Shown piece by piece: positions 19,364 to 28,453 of a stretch of 64,000 bases of DNA. The stretch comes from Streptosporangiaceae bacterium (lineage in GTDB: Bacteria; Actinomycetota; Actinomycetes; Streptosporangiales; Streptosporangiaceae): assembly GCA_050013055.1 (NCBI GenBank), contig JBEKGC010000014.1, positions 195 to 64,194 of the forward strand, read 5' to 3'. Positions within the stretch are counted from its first letter, which is position 1, and each line of letters opens with the position of its first letter. The translations under genes and the position numbers were made by a program. The notes below the pieces were generated by a model that worked only from the letters and a program-made list of their open reading frames with translations, ran no database searches and had not been told where the DNA came from.

Positions 19364-19537
19364 TTGGTTAATGCCTCCGTGGCGCTTAGGCACCGGCTGC
19401 CGACATCACATATGTCGGCGACGAGGCTGCCGGTAGTCGGTTTCCACGAAAAGAGTCCCGAATCATTTAATCTGCCGGGATCAATCGGCGAGACAGTATT
19501 GTGCCAGATCGTTTCCGGAGAGGACGCGAAGCTATGA
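19364..19537 (+). pseudogene. 5' remnant of a DUF1702/unbL gene, now a 57-codon ORF whose stop overlaps the P450 start
   Basis: From TTG 19364, preceded by GGAGAGGA, the ORF reads (M)VNASVALRHRLPTSHMSATRLPVVGFHEKSPESFNLPGSIGETVL. This aligns with the copy-1 N-terminus WRALRRRILTPNIRETKLATRGFHEKSPEARARLERVGEMFL. Homology then ends. The stop TGA 19535-19537 overlaps the P450 ATG 19534 as ATGA. Confidence 0.5.
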
Positions 19538-20907
19538 CCGCTGTAAGCGTTGCACCCGTCGAGGCCCGTCGTGTGCCATCGGGGCCAGGGCGCATGGCGT
19601 CCATCAGCTTGCTGATCAAGATGATGCGAAACCGGGCCACGACCATGGCGGACGCCGCAGCGCAGTATGGGGACGCGGTCAAGCTGCCCATGGGCCCGAT
19701 GAGCCTGTACCTCTTCAGTCACCCCGACTACGCCAAGCATGTGCTGGCTGACAACCCAGGCAACTATCGCAAGGGCATCGGCCAAGTGCATGCTCGCCGG
19801 GCTATCGGCGATGGCCTGCTGACGAGTGAGGGCGAGCTCTGGCGCAGGCAGCGCCGGACGATCCAGCCCGCCTTCCAGCCTAAGCGGATCGCCAAGCAGG
19901 CCGGCGTCATCGGGGAGGAGGCGGCGAAGCTGGTCGAAAGGCTGCGGGCACACGAGGGCGATGGACCGGTCGATGTGCGTGAGGAGATGACCGGTCTCAC
20001 GCTCGGCGTCCTCGGGCATGCCCTGCTCGATAGCGACATCAGCGCATTCGACGCGATCGGGGAGTCGTTCGAAGCCGTCCAGGACCAGGCGATGTTCGAG
20101 CTGATGTCGATGAGCATGGTGCCGATGTGGGTCCCGTTGCCCCGGCAGCTTCGCTTCCGCCGCGCTCGCGCCTACCTCGAAGGGGTCGTTCAGCGACTCG
20201 TGGCCGAACGCAGCGCGCATCCCACCGACACGGGTGACGACGTCGTGTCGCGGTTGATCGAGTCAACCCGGCAGGAAAGCGATCCGCGGGTCGCGCGCAT
20301 CCAGATGCGGGACGAGCTGTTTACCTTGCTGCTAGCCGGCCACGAGACGACAGCCAGCACGCTCAGTTGGGCGTTCTACTACGCCGATCACCATCCGGAG
20401 GTGTGGGACCAGCTGCATGAGGAGGCGTCACGGGTTCTCACCGGCGACACGCTAAGCCACGAGGACCTGCGCGGCCTGACCTATACGACCCGTGTGCTCG
20501 AGGAGAGCATGCGCCTCCGTCCGCCGGTATGGCTGCTGTCGCGGGTGGCGCTTGCCGAAGACACCATAGGTGAATACCACGTGCCGGCCGGCGCTGACGT
20601 ACTGATCAGCCCGTTCATACTGCACCGTCACCCGGCTTTCTGGACGGAGCCTGAGCGCTTCGACCCGGACCGGTTCACCCCCGAACGGACCAAGGGGCGC
20701 CACCGCTACGCGTACATCCCCTTCGGGGCAGGTCCCAGGTTCTGCGTGGGGAACAGCCTCGGCATGATGGAGGCGACGATCGTGCTCGCCACCGTCGCCC
20801 GCGACCTGCGGCTGAAGAAGGTGCCCGGATACGTGGTCGACGGCGAGCCGATGCTGACGATGCGGGTCCGGGGAGGGCTGCCGATGACCGTCCATTCCCT
20901 GGGATAA
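19534..20907 (+). CDS. Cytochrome P450 monooxygenase
   Basis: Start trimmed to ATG 19534 (MTAVSVAP). Motifs seen: I-helix LLAGHETTAS, ExxR ESMRLRPP, and the heme Cys loop FGAGPRFCVGNSLG. Confidence 0.9.
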   Translation: MTAVSVAPVEARRVPSGPGRMASISLLIKMMRNRATTMADAAAQYGDAVKLPMGPMSLYLFSHPDYAKHVLADNPGNYRKGIGQVHARRAIGDGLLTSEGELWRRQRRTIQPAFQPKRIAKQAGVIGEEAAKLVERLRAHEGDGPVDVREEMTGLTLGVLGHALLDSDISAFDAIGESFEAVQDQAMFELMSMSMVPMWVPLPRQLRFRRARAYLEGVVQRLVAERSAHPTDTGDDVVSRLIESTRQESDPRVARIQMRDELFTLLLAGHETTASTLSWAFYYADHHPEVWDQLHEEASRVLTGDTLSHEDLRGLTYTTRVLEESMRLRPPVWLLSRVALAEDTIGEYHVPAGADVLISPFILHRHPAFWTEPERFDPDRFTPERTKGRHRYAYIPFGAGPRFCVGNSLGMMEATIVLATVARDLRLKKVPGYVVDGEPMLTMRVRGGLPMTVHSLG

Positions 20908-20956
20908 CGGTCATATGACCGTGGCCGCCACCACGTCCCTTTGTGGTGGCGGCCAC
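20907..20956 (+). terminator. Two consecutive hairpins directly after the P450 stop
   Basis: The first is a 16-bp perfect palindrome, ACGGTCATATGACCGT (20907-20922). It overlaps a 14-bp stem pairing GTGGCCGCCACCAC (20921-20934) with GTGGTGGCGGCCAC (20943-20956) around the loop GTCCCTTT. Confidence 0.5.
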
Positions 20957-21537
20957 CAGATTGTCCAGCTAAACGAATGGAATTGCCGGGCTCATTCTGG
21001 TCTCTTTCCATTGGTCTCTTTCCCCTCGCGTTTCACAGGTTTACCGGTGCCTGCGGTCTGCTCGGCTTGCCTTGGCCGACCGGGACGGGATGGCCGCTCC
21101 TTCTGCCTCAGCCGCCTACGGCGGGAGGGCCGGGTGCGGGCCGGTCCATCCTGGAGCCCGAGGTCCCGCCGGAGGCATGATTTGGGCACGATGTCAGACC
21201 CGGAAGCCTACGTGCCCATCTCCCATGGGCTCACCTCGGAGCTGAGCAGGGAAGATGTGCTCGATGCGGCCCGCCCGCTCCCGCCGAACGAAGACGCGGT
21301 CATTGAGAACCTGAGCGACGAACGTGAAGGATCTCGTCCTGATCACCAAGCTCGATCTGTAGATCAAGGCGTGGGCTCGCCCTCTCCGTGGAGGCAGATG
21401 CGCTGCGGCTGGCTCGTTCTCACGCTAACTCATAGAGCGAACGTAGCTTCGATTCTTAGCCCTCGGGCCTGGCCTGCAGGGGTGATGGATTTAGCCGAAG
21501 GCCCGATATCTCGCTGGCGCACTATATGGCGGAAATT

Positions 21538-22608
21538 TCAGGCGCTGGAGACTAGCCTGGTCTTTGCGCCGATGTGCCGGGCCGTCGTCAGGCTCGCCCA
21601 TGACGTCAGCCCCACCAGCGTCTCGTCGGCGGGCTGGGTGGCCCGGAACGCGTCGATGACGCCCTGGTCGACCTGGTATGAGGCGAACGCGGTCAGCAGT
21701 GCCAGCCGCCCGGCGGGCCGGTCGGCGTCGGACAGGGTACGCGTCGCGTCTTCGACCCACGCCCGGCTGAGTCCCTTGGAACGTCCGTTCCAGACCGCCA
21801 GCTCGGCAAACAGGAGCTCGCGGACAGCTGCCGGTACGTAGTCGTGGCCCGCGTCCTCGATGCTCGCGGCCAAGCGCGCGTATGCGCCGGCGATGCTGGG
21901 ACTTCCGGCCGCCCACGACATGTCCTTCGGCAGCGGCGCGTCTGGCAGCAGACTAAGGGACGCGCCGGGAGCGGCGGCGTTTCGTCCCGCCGACCGCATC
22001 AGCCGGCCGGCCACCCGCATGATCGGCCCGAGCACAGCCTCAGGCGCGGCCGGAGGCAGCGGAATCTCGCCGAGGAATATGTTGACCATACGGTTGAGGT
22101 AGTGAAAGGTGACCGCAACCCCCAGGAGCTCAGGAACGTGCTCGGCCGGAAACGGCGCCTCGGTTAGCGCCTCGGGGTCGGCGATGTTGCGTCCCCAAGC
22201 GGCGATCGCGGCTATCTGGGGATCGGATATCTTCTTCACCTGATCCGCGGCGAGCGCCGCGGCGTCCGGTCCGGGAAGCAGTGCCCGCATGACGCCGCTG
22301 TGGATGGTCACGCAATACGGACAGCTGTTGCTGACCGAGACGGCGGCGGCCACGGCCTCCTTCTCGCTTCGGGTGACCCTTCCTGGAGCGATCAGCGTCT
22401 CACGCAGGACCAGCCAGCAACCGGCGAGCACCTCCGGTAGCGGGGAATGCAGCGTGACCGGCGGTGCGAGCATGCCGAATTCCCGTTCCATCTGGCCGTA
22501 GACGCTCGCGACAAGGCCGCCCGCCTTGTTGAAGCGAATCTGGGGCACGTGCTTGACCTGCGCGAGCGACGAGCTTCGCAGCGCAATCCGGAGGAATCCT
22601 CCGCCCAT
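21538..22608 (-). CDS. Two-domain AhpD/carboxymuconolactone decarboxylase-like protein, paralogue of 48399-49511
   Basis: Start trimmed to ATG 22608 (MGGGFLRIAL), with GGGAG 6 nt upstream. The AhpD-type motif is CPYCVTIHS. It is collinear with the protein at 48399-49511, for example EFGMLAPPVTLHSPLPEVLAGCWLVLRETLI against EFGVLAPPMALHSPAPQVLAASWLMLRETLI. Confidence 0.75.
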   Translation of the reverse strand: MGGGFLRIALRSSSLAQVKHVPQIRFNKAGGLVASVYGQMEREFGMLAPPVTLHSPLPEVLAGCWLVLRETLIAPGRVTRSEKEAVAAAVSVSNSCPYCVTIHSGVMRALLPGPDAAALAADQVKKISDPQIAAIAAWGRNIADPEALTEAPFPAEHVPELLGVAVTFHYLNRMVNIFLGEIPLPPAAPEAVLGPIMRVAGRLMRSAGRNAAAPGASLSLLPDAPLPKDMSWAAGSPSIAGAYARLAASIEDAGHDYVPAAVRELLFAELAVWNGRSKGLSRAWVEDATRTLSDADRPAGRLALLTAFASYQVDQGVIDAFRATQPADETLVGLTSWASLTTARHIGAKTRLVSSA

Positions 22609-22704
22609 CGTCAACTCCCTGTGTCGCGACCGGCTACTCGAAACGACGTGAGGCCGGCCGCGGCGGTAAGCCAATACCGCCGCGGCCGGCCACTCCGTAC
22701 CGGG

Positions 22705-24360
22705 TCAGGCCCTGGCGAGCCGGGCGGCGGCCGTTTGGGCCGCCTGCCGGGCACTGGTGGAGCCGTCAGGCGCTGGTGCGCCATACCTGACATCGATCCC
22801 GCGCTCCCGCGCGGCCTGGACGATGCCAGGCATCGCGCGCTCGGCCAGCGCGGCGATGGTGAAGGCCGGATTAACCGTCAGCGCTCCGGGCACTGCGGAG
22901 CCGTCGGTGACAAAGATGCCGGGGTGCCCGCGCAGCTCGTGCCGGTCGTCAAGGGCGGAGGTCGCCGGGTCGTCCCCGACCCGGCAGGATGCGAGCGGGT
23001 GCACGGTGTAGGCACCCACCGGCTCGTTGGTCCATGGCATCACCCTCGCCAGGCCGTCCTTTTCCAGGATCTCCCGCACCTCGGCGTCCGACAGCGCCCA
23101 GCCACGCAGGGTGTTCTCGGTCGGCCGGTAACGGAGATTGCTGAAGCCGAGGAACTGCTGGGAGAGCCGTGCAGAGTTGCCGGTCGGCGGCGGGGTGCCG
23201 AAGACCCCCTCGTTGTCGTCCTCGACCATGGTGAAGATGGTCAGCCAGGAGCGCCACCGCTTGAGTATCTCCTTCTTCTCAACGCCGAACCACGTCGGGC
23301 CGGTGGCGTCGGGCACCTGGGCGAGGATCGTGCCGAGCCCCGGCGGGAAGTAGAGCTGCTCCAGCGAATAGCGCTCGTATTCCGGCAGCGACCCGTCGAG
23401 CCGGTCCCACGAGGCCACGGTCGGTCCTTTGCCGATCTGCGAGGCGGCGTAGGCCAGCCCGTCGCCGCGCGACAGGCCGAGCAGCTCGGCGACCTTGTCC
23501 TCGTTCAGGTACGCGGTGTTGAGCCGTTCCCCGTTGCCAGAGAAGTAGCGGCCCACGGCGTGCGGCATGGGGCCCAGGTCGGCCTCGGAGCGCTGCAGGA
23601 TGACCGGCGTGGCGCCCGCGCCGGCCGCGATCACGATGATCTTCGCGTCGATGGTGCCGCTATCCGGATGGATCCGGTAATCCACCTCGTGCACGGTGTC
23701 GTAGTGCACCCGGTAACCGCCGTCGCTGGTCCGGGTGATCCGCTGGACCTCATGCAGTGGCCGGATCTCGGCGCCGTGCGCCAGGGCAGCCGGCAGGTAG
23801 TTCAGCAGCAGCGACCGCTTGGCGTCGAACCGGCATCCGGACATCATCCAGTTGCAGTTGGTGCACAGCGCATCGTCGATGGCGGCGGGCACCGGATTCG
23901 CGGTGCGTCCCGCGCGGTCGCAGGCCGCCGCCCACAAGCCCCCCGCGTAGGTGGCCGTATTCCAGTCCGCCATGCTGATCGGCAGCGCCTCGGCCACCCG
24001 GTCGTACCAGGGTTCCAGGGCGTCACGCGTGATCGCAGTCGGCCACATCCGGCGGCCGATGCTCCCCTGCCGGTTGAAGACGAAGCCGGGAGCGCGGGGC
24101 ATCGCGGCGAAGTAAACGACGCTGCCACCGCCCACGCAGTTGCCGCCGAGCAGGCTCATCCCGTCGCCGACCAGGAAGTCAAAGATGCGAGTCGACGATG
24201 AACCGAATTTGAAATCGTGGTCGAACTCCTCGGCCGCCAGCCACGGGCCGCGCTCAAGCACGGTGACCCGGGCGCCGCCCGCGGCCAGGTGGTACGCGGC
24301 GATGGCGCCACCGAAACCGCTACCGATCACCAGCACGTCGGTGCTCTCCACTGCGGTCAT
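22705..24360 (-). CDS. GMC-family FAD oxidoreductase (cholesterol oxidase-like large subunit)
   Basis: Start trimmed to ATG 24360 (MTAVESTDVLVIGSGFGGAIAAYHLA). It overlaps the stop of the upstream small-subunit gene as ATGA. The C-terminal region is GMC-type: HPLASCRVG...FVTDGSAVP. Confidence 0.85.
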   Translation of the reverse strand: MTAVESTDVLVIGSGFGGAIAAYHLAAGGARVTVLERGPWLAAEEFDHDFKFGSSSTRIFDFLVGDGMSLLGGNCVGGGSVVYFAAMPRAPGFVFNRQGSIGRRMWPTAITRDALEPWYDRVAEALPISMADWNTATYAGGLWAAACDRAGRTANPVPAAIDDALCTNCNWMMSGCRFDAKRSLLLNYLPAALAHGAEIRPLHEVQRITRTSDGGYRVHYDTVHEVDYRIHPDSGTIDAKIIVIAAGAGATPVILQRSEADLGPMPHAVGRYFSGNGERLNTAYLNEDKVAELLGLSRGDGLAYAASQIGKGPTVASWDRLDGSLPEYERYSLEQLYFPPGLGTILAQVPDATGPTWFGVEKKEILKRWRSWLTIFTMVEDDNEGVFGTPPPTGNSARLSQQFLGFSNLRYRPTENTLRGWALSDAEVREILEKDGLARVMPWTNEPVGAYTVHPLASCRVGDDPATSALDDRHELRGHPGIFVTDGSAVPGALTVNPAFTIAALAERAMPGIVQAARERGIDVRYGAPAPDGSTSARQAAQTAAARLARA

Positions 24361-24926
24361 GCCAGGCTCCCGTTCGCGGTCGTGCCAGGGTGGAGCCGGG
24401 CGAGTGGCCGGCGGTATGAGTAGTCGGGGAACCGCCACAGGCCATCGTCGTCCGGCTGGGCGAAGCCCATCATGGTCAGGCCGACATGCCCGGACTTGAT
24501 CGCGTCGGTCGTGTGGCTGTGCGCGCCGGTGTCGAACGCCATGTTGCAGAACATCGCCAGCCCCACCCACTGGCCCTTCTCGGGATGATCCGGCGCGGTA
24601 AGTTCCTGGACCAGCGCGGTACGGTTGGCAAAGTCGAGCGCCACCAACGGCGGCACCGACTCGTCTTGGGGAAGCCCGTGCCCGGCCCGGTACTTCTCAG
24701 CGTGGTCATTCAGCATGCGGGCCAGGTCGTCGAGCGCTTGATCCAAGCCGCCTTCCGGCATCTCGAGCAGCTGCAGGGCCCCGGCCGCCACGGCCCCGCC
24801 GCCCTCGGCCGCACCTGCGACCGCCCTGTCTCCCGGCCACCTCTTCTCACCCGGCACGATCGTGTCGGCGAATGCTTCCAACGTCATGGTCATGACCTGC
24901 CCATCGCCCAGTTCATCTGGTCGCAT
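24357..24926 (-). CDS. Small partner subunit of the GMC oxidoreductase (gluconate 2-dehydrogenase subunit-3-like family)
   Basis: Start trimmed to ATG 24926, with a strong GGAGGA 7 nt upstream. The block LEAFADTIVPGEKRWPGDRAVAGAAEGGG resembles the family N-terminal motif. It is translationally coupled to the GMC gene. The family call is tentative. Confidence 0.6.
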   Translation of the reverse strand: MRPDELGDGQVMTMTLEAFADTIVPGEKRWPGDRAVAGAAEGGGAVAAGALQLLEMPEGGLDQALDDLARMLNDHAEKYRAGHGLPQDESVPPLVALDFANRTALVQELTAPDHPEKGQWVGLAMFCNMAFDTGAHSHTTDAIKSGHVGLTMMGFAQPDDDGLWRFPDYSYRRPLARLHPGTTANGSLA

Positions 24927-25126
24927 GGTGTTTCCTCCTGCCGTCCAGTTCATCGTCGAGAGAGAGCAATCCATTTCACCGGGATTTATTACCTGCCGGT
25001 CAATGGCGCCGCGAAATTTCTCGGTTTATCTGAAGACGTGTTTATGCGTTACTATTATTATGTCAGTATTGAGGCATAAGGCACCTTCCGCATTGCTGCG
25101 CTGATTCGTCGGCGAGAGCCGAAACG

Positions 25127-25166
25127 GACCACGCGCCCGGGCGCCGTGACGCCCGGGCGCGTGGTC
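25127..25166 (-). terminator. Stem-loop terminator candidate after the MFS gene
   Basis: A 17-bp stem pairs GACCACGCGCCCGGGCG with CGCCCGGGCGCGTGGTC around the loop CCGTGA. It lies about 105 nt downstream of the stop at 25271. Confidence 0.5.
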
Positions 25167-25270
25167 AGAAAGCAGCCCGCCTGATCGCGGCGATGACCGT
25201 TGCGGCAGAACCTGAGAGCGGGGATCTGCGGCCGGGGAGAGACCATCGCCGGTGTGACGAAGAAGGCGGC

Positions 25271-26752
25271 TCAGCGCACGCTGTCGGCTTCGACCGCAGC
25301 AACCGCATCGTCGGCGGGCGCCGGAACCACGCTCCCGGCGGAGGCCGGTGTGGCCGTGCGGCGGAGCACGACGGCGATTGTCGGCAGGGCGAGCAGAGCG
25401 ATCGCGCCGCCGACCCACAAGCCCCAGTGGAAGCTGTCGGTGAGCGCAATCTTCGTGGGCGTGCCCTGGCCGAGCAGCGTTTTGAGGTGAGTCACCGCCA
25501 CCGTGGAGGCGATCGCCACGCCGATCGCACCGCCTAGCTGCTGGGAGGTGTTGAGCAGCCCGGAGGCGAGTCCGGCCTCCCGCTCCGTGACGCCGGTCAG
25601 GCCGGCGATCGAGATCGGGATAAAGGCAAAGGCCGTGCCGGCGCCGACGACGAAGAACGGTGCCACCAGGGAGGTCCAGTAGTGCGCACCCACCGGCGCC
25701 TGGCCCGCCCACAGGATCCCGCCGCCGGTCAGTGCCATCCCGAGCGCCATCACCGGTCCCGGGCCCAGGCGGGTGACCAAGGTCTGCGACACACCGGCCA
25801 GGAGAGCGCTGGCCACCGAGCCGGCCAGCCAGGCCGCCCCGGTCTCCAGCGCCGAGTAGCCAAGCACCTGCTGCATGTAGAGGGTGCCAATGAAGACGAA
25901 GGCGTAGAAGCTGCCGCCGACCAGCAGCCCCACGGCGTTCGCCGCGGCCACTGGACGCAGCCGGAAGATCCGCAGCGGCATCAGCGGCGCCTCGGCACGG
26001 GCCTCAACGAGCAGGAACGCCACCAGCAGCGCCGCCGAGACGGCCAGCGATACCACGGTGGTAGTCGACCCCCAGCCGGACTGCGATGCCTTCGACAGTC
26101 CGTAGACCAGCAGCAGCAGCCCGCCCGTCACCGTGACCGCGCCGAGCGTGTCGAAACGGCGCGAGGCACTCTGGAGCCGGCTCTCCGGCACCAGCACCGG
26201 CGTCAGCGCCAGCGCGACGACCCCGATCGGCACGTTGAGGAAGAAGATATAGTCCCACCCGAGATACCGGGTCAGTAGCCCGCCCGCGATCAGGCCGATG
26301 GTGGCTCCGGCCATCCCGATGGCGCCCCACAGGCCGAGCGCCTTGTTTCGCTCAGAACCCTCGGCGAACATGTTCATCACGATCGAGAGCGCGGCAGGCA
26401 GGACGATAGCAGCCCCGAAGCCCTGCAGGCCGCGCATCGCGATCAGCAGGGCGTCGCTGCGCGACAGCGCGGCAGCCAGCGACGCGCAGGTGAACAAAGC
26501 CAGCCCGGCCATGAGTATCCGCCGCCGTCCGAGCAGGTCCGCGGCACGACCGCCGAGCAGCAGGAACCCGCCGAAGGTCACGCCGTAGGCGGTCACGACC
26601 CACTGCAGGTTCGACTCGGGGAAGTGCAGACTGCGGCCTATCGTCGGCAGCGCGACGTTGACGATCGTGAGATCGACGATCGTCATGAAGTACGCGACAG
26701 CCAACACGCTGAACGCGCGCCAGCGGTGAGTCTGGGTTTCCGGCCTGTACAT
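25271..26752 (-). CDS. MFS transporter, DHA2 (EmrB/QacA, 14-TMS) type
   Basis: Start trimmed to ATG 26752 (MYRPETQTHRWRAFSVLAVAYFMTIVDLTIVNVALPTIG). It has about 14 hydrophobic helices and the GRRRILMAGLALF motif. Confidence 0.9.
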   Translation of the reverse strand: MYRPETQTHRWRAFSVLAVAYFMTIVDLTIVNVALPTIGRSLHFPESNLQWVVTAYGVTFGGFLLLGGRAADLLGRRRILMAGLALFTCASLAAALSRSDALLIAMRGLQGFGAAIVLPAALSIVMNMFAEGSERNKALGLWGAIGMAGATIGLIAGGLLTRYLGWDYIFFLNVPIGVVALALTPVLVPESRLQSASRRFDTLGAVTVTGGLLLLVYGLSKASQSGWGSTTTVVSLAVSAALLVAFLLVEARAEAPLMPLRIFRLRPVAAANAVGLLVGGSFYAFVFIGTLYMQQVLGYSALETGAAWLAGSVASALLAGVSQTLVTRLGPGPVMALGMALTGGGILWAGQAPVGAHYWTSLVAPFFVVGAGTAFAFIPISIAGLTGVTEREAGLASGLLNTSQQLGGAIGVAIASTVAVTHLKTLLGQGTPTKIALTDSFHWGLWVGGAIALLALPTIAVVLRRTATPASAGSVVPAPADDAVAAVEADSVR

Positions 26753-26869
26753 CGCTGTTTCCTTCACTAACTGATGGCGTTCACGGCGAGCCGATGCTCT
26801 GGCCGTGCTTTTAGCGGTAGTGATCCGGCCCACGGCGGCGATCCAGGCGAGGCGCCGTCGGGTCAAGCG

Positions 26870-26907
26870 CCTCCACCCTGCGCGTGGTCAGGCGCGCAGG
26901 GTGGAGG
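26870..26907 (-). terminator. Stem-loop between the DHFR-like gene and the MFS gene
   Basis: A 15-bp perfect stem pairs CCTCCACCCTGCGCG (26870-26884) with CGCGCAGGGTGGAGG (26893-26907) around an 8-nt loop. It lies 50 nt after the stop at 26957. Confidence 0.45.
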
Positions 26908-26956
26908 GCGGTGACTCCCAAAAGGCGCTCGCCGGCCGATGTCGGCACAGAGCTAG

Positions 26957-27505
26957 CTAGGCGCCTCGGATGACCTCGTAGGTCAGGGATGTGAGGCCGT
27001 CATCGATGGTCTGGGCGTTGACGAGGCGCAGGGGCTTGGTGTCGGTGATTTCGCCGAACAGGCGCTCACCCGCCCCGAGCACGACCGGGTAAACCGTCAG
27101 CCGCACCTCGTCGGCGAGGTCGTGCTCTATCAGCGTGTTGACGAGCTGGAGGCTGCCGTAGACGACGATGTCCCCGGTTACCTGCTGCTTCAGCTTCGTG
27201 ACCTCGTTCACCACGTCGCCCGCCAGGACCGTCGAGTTGTTCCACTCAGGATTTTCGAGGGTCGAGGACACGATGTACTTGGGCTTGCTGTTCAGCCGGT
27301 CGGGCATCGGGCCGGTCATGGATCCGTACTGCGAGGCGAAGAAACCGTAGGTGTTACGGCCCAGCAGCATGGCCTCGGTGGCCATCGCCTCGGCGAACAG
27401 CGCCTTGGCCGCATCTCCCTTGATCTGGCCGACCCAGCCGAAGAGGCGCTCACCGCCCGCAACACCGTCGAGCGAGACAGTCTCGCTGATGATGATCTTT
27501 CCCAT
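26957..27505 (-). CDS. Dihydrofolate reductase-like (RibD C-terminal domain) family protein
   Basis: 182 aa, MGKIIISETVSLDGV...YPVVLGAGERLF, which is the typical family pattern. Confidence 0.85.
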   Translation of the reverse strand: MGKIIISETVSLDGVAGGERLFGWVGQIKGDAAKALFAEAMATEAMLLGRNTYGFFASQYGSMTGPMPDRLNSKPKYIVSSTLENPEWNNSTVLAGDVVNEVTKLKQQVTGDIVVYGSLQLVNTLIEHDLADEVRLTVYPVVLGAGERLFGEITDTKPLRLVNAQTIDDGLTSLTYEVIRGA

Positions 27506-27585
27506 GTCGATTCTCCTGTTCCTTGGTATTGCCCGAAGCTATTTATGCCGGTGCCGCGGCGCCGGGGATACCGATGGCGCGCGTG

Positions 27586-28380
27586 TCACTGGCTGCCGTA
27601 TTCGTTGTGGCGCCGTAGCCAGCTCAAGGGCTTGTTGTCTTCGTTACGGCCCTTGGGAGCGAGGTCAAGGATCGCGTAGTAACCCATCATGGGCTCGGTA
27701 CCTCGGGCATAGCTCGTGTAGCAGTGGAATACGGTGTCACCCTCGCGCGCGAACGTGCTCATGCCGTGTCCCTCGGAGAAATAGCTGTCGACGTCCGTCC
27801 CGGCCGCGGTCGCGTTCCGGGTGGCGAAAGGCGGCAGGTTCTCCAGGGTGGGTGGCGACTCGTTCAGCAGCTTGAGCGTCCCTGACTCGACGGGCTGGCC
27901 GGCCGGCGCTCGCCTGGCCCAGCCGTACGTCGGCTCGTGCGCGTCCGTCACGCCGAATTCGAGGTTGAAGTCGGTGTCGTAGCTGGACGCCCAGTTGAAA
28001 CTCCAGCCCATCCGCTCCCGGTAGGCGAGCAGCTTGCCGATCGGCGCCCGGGAGATGCAGATCATCTCCACGTCGCAGGCCTTGAGGTGGGAAAGGACGC
28101 CGTTGAAGCTGTCGGCGGTCGACGAGCAAATCGGGCAGCCGGCCGTGAAGTCGGGCCCGAACATGAAGTGATAAACCACCAGCTGCGAGCGGCTGCCAAA
28201 CAGCTGCGCCAGCGTCTTTGTCCCATCTGCGGTCTGGAACGTGTACTCCCCTTCGACCGGCACCCAGGGAAGCTCCCGGCGCCGCAGCGCCAGCTCATCG
28301 CCGCGCCTGGTATGTTCCTTCTCGGCCTTGAGCAGCTCCAGCCGGGCTGCAAGCCACTCTTGCCTTGTCCCAGTTTTCAT
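27586..28380 (-). CDS. DUF899 thioredoxin-like family protein
   Basis: 264 aa. The N-terminal block EWLAARLELLKAEKEHTRRGDELALRRRELPW and the CPICS motif are typical of DUF899. Confidence 0.85.
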   Translation of the reverse strand: MKTGTRQEWLAARLELLKAEKEHTRRGDELALRRRELPWVPVEGEYTFQTADGTKTLAQLFGSRSQLVVYHFMFGPDFTAGCPICSSTADSFNGVLSHLKACDVEMICISRAPIGKLLAYRERMGWSFNWASSYDTDFNLEFGVTDAHEPTYGWARRAPAGQPVESGTLKLLNESPPTLENLPPFATRNATAAGTDVDSYFSEGHGMSTFAREGDTVFHCYTSYARGTEPMMGYYAILDLAPKGRNEDNKPLSWLRRHNEYGSQ

Positions 28381-28453
28381 GTTGCTCCCATAGCCCCTAA
28401 CGGGGGTAGTTTCGCCTAGCGCCGCCGGCCCCGCCTGCTGGGCTTTCGCCCCA

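Noticed and set aside
18907-20220. 437-aa minus-strand ORF
   Set aside because: It is antisense to the DUF2182 and P450 genes. It has no family signal and a shadow-frame composition.
20915-21841. 308-aa plus-strand ORF, including a possible small gene from ATG 21191 (MSDPEAYVPISHGLTSELSREDVLDAARPLPPNEDAVIENLSDE...), vaguely antitoxin-like
   Set aside because: The 3' half is antisense to the AhpD-like gene. The 5' part has no RBS, no recognisable family and no stop in a sensible place. I could not support a call, and the interval 20957-21537 is left unannotated.
22447-24201. 584-aa plus-strand ORF
   Set aside because: It is antisense to the GMC oxidoreductase (22705-24360), which has clear FAD-binding and GMC motifs.
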